From an uncultured Anaerolineaceae bacterium (GTDB lineage: Bacteria; Chloroflexota; Dehalococcoidia; Tepidiformales; Tepidiformaceae), in assembly GCA_964436025.1 (NCBI GenBank), contig CAYTBM010000001.1:8619-56759 (forward strand): a DNA stretch of 48,141 bases. Reading direction: 5' to 3'. This document shows, piece after piece, positions 20,133-29,019 of this stretch; the stretch's first letter is position 1, and every line of letters starts with the position of its first letter. The notes beneath the pieces were generated by a model, which was not told where the DNA came from, made no database searches, and worked only from the letters and a program-made list of their open reading frames with translations. The position numbers were made by a program, and so were the translations under genes.

Positions 20133-21438
20133 GGGCGGCCTCCAGTTCGTATGCCAGGGCGCCGTTCATCACCACCGCCCGGACGGCTCCCATGAGCGCT
20201 GCGCCGGCGAGAGGAGTGTTTCGGCCCTTCGAAGCGAAGTTCTTCGGGTCAACCGTCCAACGGTGGGCGGGGTCGACGATCACGAGATCAGCCGCGCCGG
20301 GCGAGAGTGTCCCCGTGAACTCGGGGAAGCCGAAGACGGATGCGGGGCCGCTCGTGAGCGCCCGGACGGTCGCCGCCAGGTCAAGTTCACCGCGATCGAC
20401 GAGCGTCATCAGGGAGCCGAGGGCGGTTTCGATGCAGCTGATGCCGAAGGCGGCGTCGTCGAACTCGCAAAGCTTGTCTTCGATGGCGTGCGGCGCATGG
20501 TCAGTGGCGATTGCGTCGATGATGCCGGCGTTGACTCCTGCGACGAGGGCCCGCCGGTCGGCTTCAGTGCGCAGCGGGGGGTTGATCTTGGCGTTGGTGT
20601 CGTAGGCGGCTTCAGGCGCGCTACCGAAGACCGCGGTTTCGGTCAGGAACAGATGGCTCGGCGTTACCTCGCAGGTGACCGGAAGCCCTCGCCGCTTCGC
20701 GTCGGCGACAAGTTCGAGACCGCGCGCGGTGGTGAGGTGGGCGATGTGGAGACGGGCGCCGGTTGTCTCGCAGAGGGCGAGGTTGCGTGCGATGGCGGTG
20801 GTTTCCGCGGCTTCAGGCTGGCCGGGCAGCCCGAGACGCTCACTGACGCGGCCCTCGTTCATTGAGCCGCCGTGGCTCAGCTCAGGGTCATCGCAGTGCT
20901 CAGAGATTGGGAGCCCGAGTGCGGCCGCGAGCTCCATCGCGTTGCGCATGAGGCGGGCATTCGCGACCGGGTTTCCGTCGTCGCTGAGGGCGATGCAGCC
21001 CCCGGCGGCGAGCTCGGCGAGCTCTGCGAGTTCCTTGCCCGCACGTGCTCGCGTGACGCAGCCGATGGCGAACACCCGAACCCGGGCATCCCGCTCGATG
21101 CGCTCCCGGAGAGCCCGCAGTACGTCTGCCGCGTCGGGCGCGGGGCTGGTGTTGGGCATGGCGCAGATGGTGGTGAAGCCGCCGCGCAGAGCCGCGAGCG
21201 TCTCGCTTGCGATGGTGCCTTTCTGTTCGAAGCCGGGTTCGCGCAGGTGGGTGTGGAGGTCGACGAAGCCGGGAGTCACGAGGTAGCCGCGGGCATCGAT
21301 GACGTTCGCGCCAGGCGCCTCGATGTCCGAACCGATACGTTCGACTGCGCCGTTCGTTACCAGCACGTCAGCATTCGAGTCGAAACCAGAAGCGGGATCG
21401 ATGACGCGGCCAGCGCGAATGAGGAGGGTGTCAGTCAT
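20125..21438 (-). CDS. pyrC: Dihydroorotase
   Basis: VDLHTHLREPG metal-binding HxH, DHAPH, amidohydrolase fold. Overlaps both carA and pyrB. Confidence 0.95.
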   Translation of the reverse strand: MTDTLLIRAGRVIDPASGFDSNADVLVTNGAVERIGSDIEAPGANVIDARGYLVTPGFVDLHTHLREPGFEQKGTIASETLAALRGGFTTICAMPNTSPAPDAADVLRALRERIERDARVRVFAIGCVTRARAGKELAELAELAAGGCIALSDDGNPVANARLMRNAMELAAALGLPISEHCDDPELSHGGSMNEGRVSERLGLPGQPEAAETTAIARNLALCETTGARLHIAHLTTARGLELVADAKRRGLPVTCEVTPSHLFLTETAVFGSAPEAAYDTNAKINPPLRTEADRRALVAGVNAGIIDAIATDHAPHAIEDKLCEFDDAAFGISCIETALGSLMTLVDRGELDLAATVRALTSGPASVFGFPEFTGTLSPGAADLVIVDPAHRWTVDPKNFASKGRNTPLAGAALMGAVRAVVMNGALAYELEAAHA

Positions 21439-22424
21439 GCGTGCCTCGCAGTCGCCATGAGGTACAGGATGGCCATTCGCACGGCGACACCATTCGCGAC
21501 CTGCTCTTCGATGACGGAGGCCATGCCATGGGCGACCTCGGGTGAAATCTCGATGCCTTCGTTCATTGGGCCGGGGTGCATGACCAGCGCGCCCGGTTTC
21601 GCCAGCCCGAGCCGGCGGGCGTTCACCTGGTACCCGGCGATGTACTCGCGGAGGGACGGGATGAGTCCCTTCTCCTGCCGCTCCTTTTGCATGCGGAGCG
21701 CCATCACGATGTCGGCGCCGGCGATTGCTTGGTCAATGTTCGTGGTCACCTCGCAGCGGCCGATTTCAGCAACCTGGGATGCGAGCGTGCGAGGCAGCAG
21801 CGTGGCCGGGCCGCAGAGGGTCACATCCGCGCCGGATGTGAGAAGCGTCCAGAGGTTCGAACGTGCGACCCGGCTGTGCAGGACGTCGCCAACGATGACG
21901 ACTTTTTTGCCCGCCAGCTCTCCCACGTGGCGGCGCATGGTGAAGAGGTCAAGCAACGCCTGGGTGGGATGGGCGTGGGTCCCGTCGCCGCCGTTGATGA
22001 TGCCCGCGGAAGTGTTCCGGGCTGCCAGGTAGGGCGCGCCAGACTTTCCGTGGCGCATGACCACAAGGTCGGCGCCGATGGCCTCGAGCGTTCTCACCGT
22101 GTCGATGAGGGTTTCGCCCTTCTCCACGGAGCTGCCTGACGCGGTGAGGTTCACGACATCGGCACCGAGCGCTTTGGCGGCGACCTCGAAGCTTGCCCGC
22201 GTCCGCGTGGACTGCTCGTAGAACAGGGTGATGACGGTGACGCCGCGGAGGGTGGCAACTTTAGCGACGGGCCGGCTGCGGACTTCACGCATGCCCTCAG
22301 CCGTTTCCATGACCAACTGGATCTCGGCGGGTGTCATTGTGTCGGTGTCGAGGAGGTCTTTGCGGGTCCATGCCGGCGCTTCGCCGGTGAGGATCGGTGC
22401 TTCGGGGTTTCGAAGTTCAAGCAT
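21435..22424 (-). CDS. pyrB: Aspartate carbamoyltransferase catalytic subunit
   Basis: [22 protein letters not shown] motifs. Start at MLELRN (22424), overlapping the pyrR stop by 8 nt. The 88-codon upstream extension is rejected. Confidence 0.95.
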   Translation of the reverse strand: MLELRNPEAPILTGEAPAWTRKDLLDTDTMTPAEIQLVMETAEGMREVRSRPVAKVATLRGVTVITLFYEQSTRTRASFEVAAKALGADVVNLTASGSSVEKGETLIDTVRTLEAIGADLVVMRHGKSGAPYLAARNTSAGIINGGDGTHAHPTQALLDLFTMRRHVGELAGKKVVIVGDVLHSRVARSNLWTLLTSGADVTLCGPATLLPRTLASQVAEIGRCEVTTNIDQAIAGADIVMALRMQKERQEKGLIPSLREYIAGYQVNARRLGLAKPGALVMHPGPMNEGIEISPEVAHGMASVIEEQVANGVAVRMAILYLMATARHA

Positions 22425-22965
22425 GGGCGGCCTCCTCTCCGAACACGTAGACCGCGTCCTCGCCGTCGACTTCGCGGAGGTGGACGCGGACCTTTTGCAC
22501 CAGCGCGGTGGGGATGTTCTTGCCGACGAAGTCCGGGCGTATGGGCAGTTCGCGGTGACCGCGGTCGATGAGGACGGCGAGGCGGACGCGAGCGGGCCGG
22601 CCGAAGTCGAGTAGCGCATCGAGTGCGGCGCGGATGCTTCGGCCGGTGAACAAGACGTCATCCACAAGGACCACGGTTGAGCCATCAATCGAGACCGGGA
22701 TTTCGCTGGGGCGAATGGGCGGCGGCGCGGAACGGCGCGTCACGTCATCGCGGTAGAGCCCGATGTCGAGAGCGCCGACCGGGACAGAGACACCCTCGAA
22801 CTCGCGGATGGCTTCGGCGAGGCGGCGGGCGAGCGGATAACCGCGGGAAAGCAGGCCGACGATGACGAGGCCCTCGGTGCCGCGGTTGTTTTCGACGATT
22901 TCGTGGCCGAGCCGGCGAAGGGTGCGGGCGACTTCGTCAGGGCCGAGATAAGGGGCCGGAGTCAT
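22417..22965 (-). CDS. pyrR: Bifunctional pyr operon regulator / uracil phosphoribosyltransferase
   Basis: [22 protein letters not shown]-binding motif, the typical length of about 180 aa, first gene of the pyr operon. Confidence 0.95.
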   Translation of the reverse strand: MTPAPYLGPDEVARTLRRLGHEIVENNRGTEGLVIVGLLSRGYPLARRLAEAIREFEGVSVPVGALDIGLYRDDVTRRSAPPPIRPSEIPVSIDGSTVVLVDDVLFTGRSIRAALDALLDFGRPARVRLAVLIDRGHRELPIRPDFVGKNIPTALVQKVRVHLREVDGEDAVYVFGEEAAHA

Positions 22966-22966
22966 G

Positions 22967-22998
22967 AAAAACGCCTCCCCCGGACGACGGGACAGGCG
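22967..22998 (-). terminator. Attenuator/terminator hairpin in the pyrR leader that also sequesters the SD
   Basis: Minus-strand RNA CGCCU-GU-CCCG-ucguc-CGGG-GG-AGGCG followed by UUUUU, then C-AUG (pyrR start). The 3' arm contains the GGGGGAGG Shine-Dalgarno. Confidence 0.5.
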
Positions 22999-23030
22999 CG
23001 CACAGCGAATCTCTTGCCGGGCATACCGGC

Positions 23031-23075
23031 ACCTCCTCCCTTGGCAGCCTCACGGGACCACCTTAAAGGGTCTGG
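23031..23075 (-). promoter_or_regulatory. PyrR-binding RNA element (anti-antiterminator loop)
   Basis: Minus-strand RNA CCCUUUAAGGUGGUCCCGUGAGGCUGCCAAGGGAGG resembles the conserved PyrR site (UUUAA...GUCCAGAGAGGCU...AAGG), with a closing stem CCCUU/AAGGG. Confidence 0.55.
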
Positions 23076-23114
23076 ATTGAGAATAGCGGCGCACAAAACG
23101 CAGATCAAACGTGG

Positions 23115-23144
23115 TTAACCGTAACGAGTACGCCGGTATACTCG
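23115..23144 (+). promoter_or_regulatory. Candidate promoter (TTAACC-16-TATACT) and palindromic operator upstream of the TetR gene
   Basis: -35-like 23115-23120 and -10-like 23137-23142. The imperfect palindrome cgagtaCGccggTAtactcg (23125-23144) overlaps the -10. cgccggta is repeated at 23131 and 23143. Confidence 0.3.
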
Positions 23145-23198
23145 CCGGTAAGTCGAACCGTCCCGGGCCCCCGGACGGCGAGCACAGCTGGAGCCTTC

Positions 23199-23804
23199 GT
23201 GAGTTCAGTACCGTCCAGCCCGAGCGGCCGCGAGGCCGAGGTCCGCGATCGCATTTTCGCGAGCGCGCTGCGCCACTTCTCACAGAAAGGGTTCGCGGCG
23301 ACATCTCTGCGCGAAGTTTCCGAGGACGCTCAAACTACGAAGCCGATGATCTACTACTACTTCGGCTCGAAAGAGGGCCTGTACGCGAGCATCGTGCGCC
23401 AGATCCTCGAAGAGATGGCTGAAGGCATTCGCGCGCAGTTGCCAGCCGAGGCGCCGGTGGGCGAGCAGATCATGGCGTTTTGCGAGCGGTACCTGGACCA
23501 CTTTCTGCAGCAGGAGGAGATCATCGCGCTGGTGTTGCGGGAGGTATTCGGGTTGGGCGGTGTGCCCATGGCCGAGTTCTCGCAGGCGCTGGGGGAGCGG
23601 GTGCGCCAGCCGCTCGATACGATCATTGCGCGCGGGATGGAGACTGGAGTGTTGCGCAGGGACGGCGTGGCAACCTGCGCAACGGCAGTTACCGGCATCC
23701 TGAACATGTTCATCCTCGCGCATGTGTTCGGTGGCGCGGACATCGACAAGGCGACGCCACTCCGCCAGGTCCGCTATTTCCTGGACGGTCTCTGCGCCAG
23801 GTAA
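23199..23804 (+). CDS. TetR/AcrR family transcriptional regulator
   Basis: RDRIFASALRHFSQKGFAATSLREVSEDAQTTKPMIYYYFGSKEGLY is the canonical TetR HTH. GTG start. Confidence 0.9.
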   Translation: MSSVPSSPSGREAEVRDRIFASALRHFSQKGFAATSLREVSEDAQTTKPMIYYYFGSKEGLYASIVRQILEEMAEGIRAQLPAEAPVGEQIMAFCERYLDHFLQQEEIIALVLREVFGLGGVPMAEFSQALGERVRQPLDTIIARGMETGVLRRDGVATCATAVTGILNMFILAHVFGGADIDKATPLRQVRYFLDGLCAR

Positions 23805-23852
23805 ATTCTCGTCTTTGCCCCCTCATGTTCACGCTTGCACGGCCGTTTGTAG

Positions 23853-24272
23853 ATGGTAGGGAGGCGGAGTGTGTCTGACGCGAAGCTGCTTGATTACTAC
23901 GCGGTGCTCAACCTGCCGCCGAAGGCCGACCTTTCCGGCATCGAGAACGCGTATGCGCGCCTCTCCGACGACCTGATGAAACAGTCGGAAGACGACGAGA
24001 CGTACCGGCAGGCAATGCAACGGCTGAACGAAGCGTATGCCGTGCTTTCGAAGCCGGAACTCCGGCGCGAATACGACCGTGCGTTCTTCAAGGGAGAGCT
24101 CGAACGGCTGGAACGCGAGGCACGAGCAATCCGGCGCCGCCGGAACCTTGCCAGCAACGCGCTCGTGGCAGCGCTGGGCCTGGTGGTCGCGGTGCAGGCA
24201 GGCGCGCTGCTCTACCTCGGCGGCGATGCCGTCACGGGGCTGTTCAGCGCGATCTTCGGCGTGTTCCTTTAG
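23853..24272 (+). CDS. J-like domain protein lacking HPD, with C-terminal TM anchor
   Basis: DYYAVLNLPPKADLSGIENAYARL...LNEAYAVLSKPELRREYD matches J-domain helices I-III, but the HPD position reads DLMKQSEDDE. C-terminal hydrophobic ALVAALGLVVAVQAGALLYLGG. An alternative GTG start at 23871 has a better-placed GGGAGG. Confidence 0.7.
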   Translation: MVGRRSVSDAKLLDYYAVLNLPPKADLSGIENAYARLSDDLMKQSEDDETYRQAMQRLNEAYAVLSKPELRREYDRAFFKGELERLEREARAIRRRRNLASNALVAALGLVVAVQAGALLYLGGDAVTGLFSAIFGVFL

Positions 24273-24356
24273 GACCCTGACAGGATCTGACAGTTGCCGC
24301 GGTACGCGGCGCTCAGCGAGGATTGTCGTGGCGCCGATTCGCGCCCGGATCGGTCA

Positions 24357-24986
24357 GTGAGGCAGTTCTCCAACGTCATCGCCAATGAAGCCGCCCTGCG
24401 CGACGTGATCGCTGAGCCGCGTGGTTCGGGCGCGTGGGATAAGTCACTCTCATTCATCGACCGGCACGCAGCGGCGTTCATTGCTCGCAGCCCGTTTTGT
24501 ATGATCGCTACGGTTGATGGCGGCGGGCGAATGGATATTTCGCCGAAGGGCGATCCCGCGGGCTTCGTCCGTGTCCTGGACGAACACACGATCGCCATAC
24601 CTGACAGACCCGGGAACGGCCGCGCCGACACGTTCCGCAACGTGTTGGCGAACCCGCGGGTGTCGGTCTACTTCGTGGTACCGACGCGGTCAGAGAGCCT
24701 GCGAGTCAATGGCTCGGCTAAGCTGGTGACCGATCAGTGGCTGCTCGACGAGATGTCGGTGAAAGAACGGCCGGCGCAACTGGCGATGGTGATTACGGTG
24801 GAGGAGGCGTTCTTCCACTGCTCGAAGTGCGTTGTGCGTTCGAACCTGTGGGATGCCGATGGCTGGGCCGACGTCTCGGACCTGGCGCCTCTCGGCACGG
24901 TGATGCGAGACCAGTTGAAGCTGGACGTGCCGGCAGAGGCAATCCAGGCGGGATTGGATAAGGACATCGAGAAGCGGCTCTATTGA
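24357..24986 (+). CDS. Pyridoxamine 5'-phosphate oxidase-fold (FMN-binding split-barrel) protein
   Basis: SPFCMIATVDGGGRMDISPKGDPAGF...RPGNGRADTFRNVLANPRVSVYF. The start is uncertain (GTG 24357, or TTG 24294 as in the ORF track). Confidence 0.75.
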   Translation: MRQFSNVIANEAALRDVIAEPRGSGAWDKSLSFIDRHAAAFIARSPFCMIATVDGGGRMDISPKGDPAGFVRVLDEHTIAIPDRPGNGRADTFRNVLANPRVSVYFVVPTRSESLRVNGSAKLVTDQWLLDEMSVKERPAQLAMVITVEEAFFHCSKCVVRSNLWDADGWADVSDLAPLGTVMRDQLKLDVPAEAIQAGLDKDIEKRLY

Positions 24987-25026
24987 GGGAGTTGGAAGGC
25001 GAAAGGTAAAAGCGTCGGGCCGAGGG

Positions 25027-26193
25027 TCAGGGAGTTGTGCTGCGCTTGAACTGCTTGCTCAGCCCCAGGCCCTGGTCCTGGTACGACGATCCGGAGTTGA
25101 CGCCGTAAAGACGCCGCGGCACCGCCAGCATCCGTTCATACATCAGCCGCCCGATGCGCTGGCCGTCCTTGAGGGCGTACGGAATTTCGTGCGAGCGGAC
25201 TTCCAGGATGGCGCGCGTACCCTGGAGTTCGCCGGTGCCGTAGCCGAACCCCGGGTCGAAAAACCCGGCGTAGTGGACGCGGAACTCTCCCATCGCCTGG
25301 TCATACGGGAGCATTTCGGCGGCATACGTCGGGGGTACCCGGACGCGTTCCTTGGAGCCGAGGATGTAGAACGCGTCCGGGGTGAGGATGAGCTGGCGGG
25401 AGGGCTTCACCGCTTCCCAGAAGTCCTCCGGGTCGTAGTAGCCGATGCGTTCAAGGTCAATGACCGGGGCTTCGCTGCGGGCTTTCCAGCCGACAGTCCG
25501 GTCCCCCGCGCGTCCGGAGATGTCCACGGAGAACCAGATGCCGCTGTCAACAGTGGCCTTCATGGGTTCGCCGTTCTCGTCGAAAACGAGGGCTTCTTCG
25601 TCGGCTGCTTTGCGACTCGCGTGAGATGAAACCGAGCGCCCGCGTACGAAACGCAGCTGATTGAGCCGGGTACCCGTTTTGACCCGAACGTTGAACGTCT
25701 TCGGCGAGACTTCGGCGAAGAGGGGACCCTGGTAACCGCGTTCGATGATGTCGAACTGGTCCGCGCGGTCTGTGATGAGGCGTGCGAAGACATCAAGGCG
25801 GCCTGTGGTGCTCTTTGGGTTGGCCTTGGCAAGCAGCCCGCCGCGGTTGGCGAGGTCCAGGTCTTCGAGGAGGGGAATGATGTAGACGGCGCCTTTCTGG
25901 AGGACGGCGCCATCTTCAAGCGAGATCCGCTGGACGAGCAGTTCATCGGCGGCTTCGAGGACGGTTGTGCCGCGGCCGGGGAGGAAGCTCGCGCGAACCT
26001 GGAGCGCGTACGCGCCCAGGCGAAGGTCGACGCTGGCAGGTTGCAGCTGGGTTTCTTCGATGCCCGACAACGACGAGAGAGTGCCCTCGGCAGCGAGCTC
26101 TTTGAGATGCTCGAAGGGAAGGACGCCGCGGTCGTGCTCGCGGACTTCGCGGCCAATTTCGGGGAAGAGCCGAGGTCCGGGCGGGGAACTCAT
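25027..26193 (-). CDS. Long-form 2'-deoxycytidine 5'-triphosphate deaminase (DCD, PF06559-like)
   Basis: GVLPFEHLKELAAEG...QLQPASVDLRLG and a second dUTPase-like beta-barrel half. At about 388 aa it is roughly twice the length of canonical Dcd. Confidence 0.75.
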   Translation of the reverse strand: MSSPPGPRLFPEIGREVREHDRGVLPFEHLKELAAEGTLSSLSGIEETQLQPASVDLRLGAYALQVRASFLPGRGTTVLEAADELLVQRISLEDGAVLQKGAVYIIPLLEDLDLANRGGLLAKANPKSTTGRLDVFARLITDRADQFDIIERGYQGPLFAEVSPKTFNVRVKTGTRLNQLRFVRGRSVSSHASRKAADEEALVFDENGEPMKATVDSGIWFSVDISGRAGDRTVGWKARSEAPVIDLERIGYYDPEDFWEAVKPSRQLILTPDAFYILGSKERVRVPPTYAAEMLPYDQAMGEFRVHYAGFFDPGFGYGTGELQGTRAILEVRSHEIPYALKDGQRIGRLMYERMLAVPRRLYGVNSGSSYQDQGLGLSKQFKRSTTP

Positions 26194-26257
26194 TTGGGGC
26201 AGACTCCGGCGGCGTGAGACATGCCCGGAAGTCTAGGGGTAGCGGCTTTCCCGGGCA

Positions 26258-27613
26258 TCAACCCGCTGCGTCGCCGGCTGCAAGTTCCGCGAGCTTGCGG
26301 GCCTCGCCCTCGGCGTAGGGTGTGATCGTTTCGATCACGTCGACGCGGCTGTCAAGGCGCTTCTGGAGGCCGCTCATCAGGCCGAGGACGCGGAAGATCA
26401 GGAGGATATCGCCCGGGATCTCGGTCACAGGGTTGGCCTGGAGGATACGGGAGAGGCGCTCGTTGACCTCGGGCATGACGTCCTGGTCCACGTACGGCTT
26501 GTTGTCGGCGCCGCCGTATTCGAAGAACGACCGGCCAAGCGCGACCAACGAATCAGGGTCTTCTGACTTCGTCTTGAAGCCGATGGCACGGAAGGCTTCG
26601 ACCATCGCGGCGTCGTCCTGGCCGATCAAGGCCATGATGAGCTTCGCGTAGTTGCGCCGGAAAGTTTCCGGCAGTTCCTTCGAGAGCCCGAAATCGAGGA
26701 AGACCACGGTCGGACCGGGAAGGACAAAGAGGTTCCCCGGATGCGGGTCAGCGTGGAAATAGCCGTGGACGAGGATTTGCTCGCAATAGGCTTCCGTCAT
26801 GATGAGGGCGACCTGGTTGGGGTCGATCCCTTCCGCGACCAGAGCCTCGATGTCGGAGATCTTCGTTGCCTCGATGAACTCGGTGGTCAGGATCCTACGG
26901 CGCGTCGTCTCCCAGAAGACCTTTGGCACCTTGATGTCAGAACGGTGGGCAAGATCGGCCGCGACTCGCTCAGAGCTGCGGCCCTCGAGTTCGAAATCGA
27001 GCTCCCGCGGCATGTCTTTGTTCAGCTCGTTCATGAGGACGCGGAAGTCGAAGTTCTTTTCGATGCGGGCGAGGAGCCTGACCAGGATTGCGACGTTGCG
27101 GAGGTCGGTCTCGAGGATCCGGTCGATGCCCGGGTACTGGACCTTCACCGCGACGTCGTGGCCGTCCTTGGTGCGCGCGCGGTGCACTTGAGCGAGCGAC
27201 GCAGAGGCGATGGGCGCGCGGGTGAAGCCGTCAAAGAGCTCGTCTGGGTGGCGCCGGAACTCGCGTTCGAAGACCTGGACCACCTGGCTGAACGGGCGCG
27301 CGGGCACAGAGTCCTGCAGCCTGCTGAGCACGGAAACGTATTCGGTGGGGGCGACGTCAGCTCGGGAGCTGATGAACTGACAGGTCTTGATCATCATGCC
27401 TTCGAGGCGAGTGGCGAGGCCGTAAACGCGTTCGGCATTTCGCGTGTGAGCGCGTGAGAGGCGAGCTTCGCGTTGCTTCGGCGAGAGTCTCTTGTTGCGC
27501 TGGATGCGCTTGTAGCTCAGGTAGATGACAAGGAAGGTCCAGCCGACATCGAGGAAGCGGCGGGCGCGATGGTGCCAGGGGAGGGGTTGGGTGCCAGTGA
27601 GTGTCTTGGCCAT
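26258..27613 (-). CDS. ABC1/UbiB (AarF) atypical kinase family protein
   Basis: FISSRADVAPTEYVSVLSRLQD, ASLAQVHRA, VAVKVQYPG, HADPHPGN, LDFGL motifs. ATG at 27613. Confidence 0.9.
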   Translation of the reverse strand: MAKTLTGTQPLPWHHRARRFLDVGWTFLVIYLSYKRIQRNKRLSPKQREARLSRAHTRNAERVYGLATRLEGMMIKTCQFISSRADVAPTEYVSVLSRLQDSVPARPFSQVVQVFEREFRRHPDELFDGFTRAPIASASLAQVHRARTKDGHDVAVKVQYPGIDRILETDLRNVAILVRLLARIEKNFDFRVLMNELNKDMPRELDFELEGRSSERVAADLAHRSDIKVPKVFWETTRRRILTTEFIEATKISDIEALVAEGIDPNQVALIMTEAYCEQILVHGYFHADPHPGNLFVLPGPTVVFLDFGLSKELPETFRRNYAKLIMALIGQDDAAMVEAFRAIGFKTKSEDPDSLVALGRSFFEYGGADNKPYVDQDVMPEVNERLSRILQANPVTEIPGDILLIFRVLGLMSGLQKRLDSRVDVIETITPYAEGEARKLAELAAGDAAG

Positions 27614-27699
27614 GGAGCGTGATCGTAGTTGAACGAGGTTCAGATGCGAAGAAGCCGGGCGGTTTGGCCCGGCTTCCGGTGAGCAGCGAGTCTGTGGCC

Positions 27700-28011
27700 T
27701 CAGGCCTTGAGGGCGATCCCGTCGACCTTCCAGGCGCCGGCGATGTCCTTCCAACGAGTGGCGATGGTCCGAGAGTCGGTGCTGCCCTCGGCGCTCATGA
27801 CGAGATCGACGAGATGATCCTCACCCTCCTGGCCGGTGACATTGACGGTGACAATGGGCTTACCGGCCGGCTGCGGCTGGGCGGCCATTTGCCCCTGGAG
27901 GGCCATTGCCTGGCCCATGCCGTTGGGCGTGAAGGCCATCATGAGGCCCGCGATGTTCTGGTTAATGAGATCGTTCGCGAACTGCTCCGCGCTGGCCTTG
28001 AGTTCCGCCAT
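27700..28011 (-). CDS. Hypothetical protein (103 aa)
   Basis: ATG at 28011 preceded by AAGGAG. High third-position GC. No family recognised by eye. Confidence 0.55.
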   Translation of the reverse strand: MAELKASAEQFANDLINQNIAGLMMAFTPNGMGQAMALQGQMAAQPQPAGKPIVTVNVTGQEGEDHLVDLVMSAEGSTDSRTIATRWKDIAGAWKVDGIALKA

Positions 28012-28093
28012 TTTTGGGTGTTCTCCTTGCGACCCCGGGGGTGTTGGTCGGGGGCGAGGATAGGGTAGGGGAGGGCGGAACGGTGTCAACTGG

Positions 28094-28489
28094 TCAGCGC
28101 GGAGGGTGAGCGGCGTCGCCAGCCATCCACACGTGCGAAACATCGCACTCCCGGCGGGGTGGGGTGTCCCAGTCCACGGAATCGACGGGTCGAACCAGTT
28201 CGGAGCCGCCGAAGACCGTGACCTGGCCCGGGAGGAGTTCGACTCCCGAGAGCTTCAGCGTTGCTTTGGCTGACCGCCAGGCGGTTGCGACGGCAGGCAG
28301 CGCTACGAGAAACCGTGTGCCGCCCGAGGTGAGCACGTAGAGACAGCGTCCATGCTCGATCAGAAGTTCGCCCTGGAGAGCGGCGTCGTCCGCGTTGGGC
28401 TCGCCCTTGTAAGTCGGAAAGGGAACCTCAGATTCGCCACAGCCGACGAGAATGAAACCAACCGCCGCGAACAACCAGTTGCGGTACAT
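28094..28489 (-). CDS. Putative lipoprotein
   Basis: MYRNWLFAAVGFILVGC: signal peptide with lipobox L-V-G-C. The upstream extension of the track ORF is rejected. Confidence 0.6.
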   Translation of the reverse strand: MYRNWLFAAVGFILVGCGESEVPFPTYKGEPNADDAALQGELLIEHGRCLYVLTSGGTRFLVALPAVATAWRSAKATLKLSGVELLPGQVTVFGGSELVRPVDSVDWDTPPRRECDVSHVWMAGDAAHPPR

Positions 28490-28523
28490 GGCGACGATAC
28501 GTCGTTGTCTGGCGGTGCGGACG

Positions 28524-29012
28524 CTAAAGCCTGGCCAGCCGGGGCTTGTCGCCGGCGGCAATTTCCGTCGCCAGGCCGGCCTGGACGCGGTAGGGAGTGA
28601 AACGCAGGACTTCGAAACCGGCGGCCGTTGGACCTTCCGGCCAGATGGTCGCGGGGTCATAGCGGGCGGGTTCAGGGGCATTGAGGAACGCCTCCCAGCA
28701 GCGGTGCTTGCCGGCGGGGTCTTCGACCCACTCGGCCGTACAGTCGAAGTAGGCCAGGTCGTGGTTCGACGCGAGGTAGGCGAGTGAGACGTGGGGATTG
28801 GCGGCGAGGTGACGGGCTTTGAGGGGCGTCCGGCGGGTGGTGAGCCAGCCGGTCAACCCGTCGCGGTCGAGCGTCCAGACGGGATGGACAACGCGGCTGC
28901 GTGGGCGGTTGCGCGAGTCCACGGTGGTCATTTGCGCCCAGACGGCGGTGTGAGCGATGGAGACGGCGAGTTCGCAAACGGAATGAGTGGCGGCATTCAT
29001 GGAGATACTCAA
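28524..29012 (-). CDS. Pyridoxamine 5'-phosphate oxidase family protein
   Basis: WAQMTTVDSRNRPRSRVVHPVW...LKARHLAANPHVSLAY, a split-barrel pattern. Confidence 0.7.
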   Translation of the reverse strand: MSISMNAATHSVCELAVSIAHTAVWAQMTTVDSRNRPRSRVVHPVWTLDRDGLTGWLTTRRTPLKARHLAANPHVSLAYLASNHDLAYFDCTAEWVEDPAGKHRCWEAFLNAPEPARYDPATIWPEGPTAAGFEVLRFTPYRVQAGLATEIAAGDKPRLARL

Positions 29013-29019
29013 CCTCGCG

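Noticed and set aside
26221-26258. Hairpin atgcccgg(22 nt)ccgggcat as an intrinsic terminator after the ABC1 kinase gene.
   Set aside because: The loop is large, no U-tract follows on the minus strand, and the right arm overlaps the stop codon. The evidence is insufficient.
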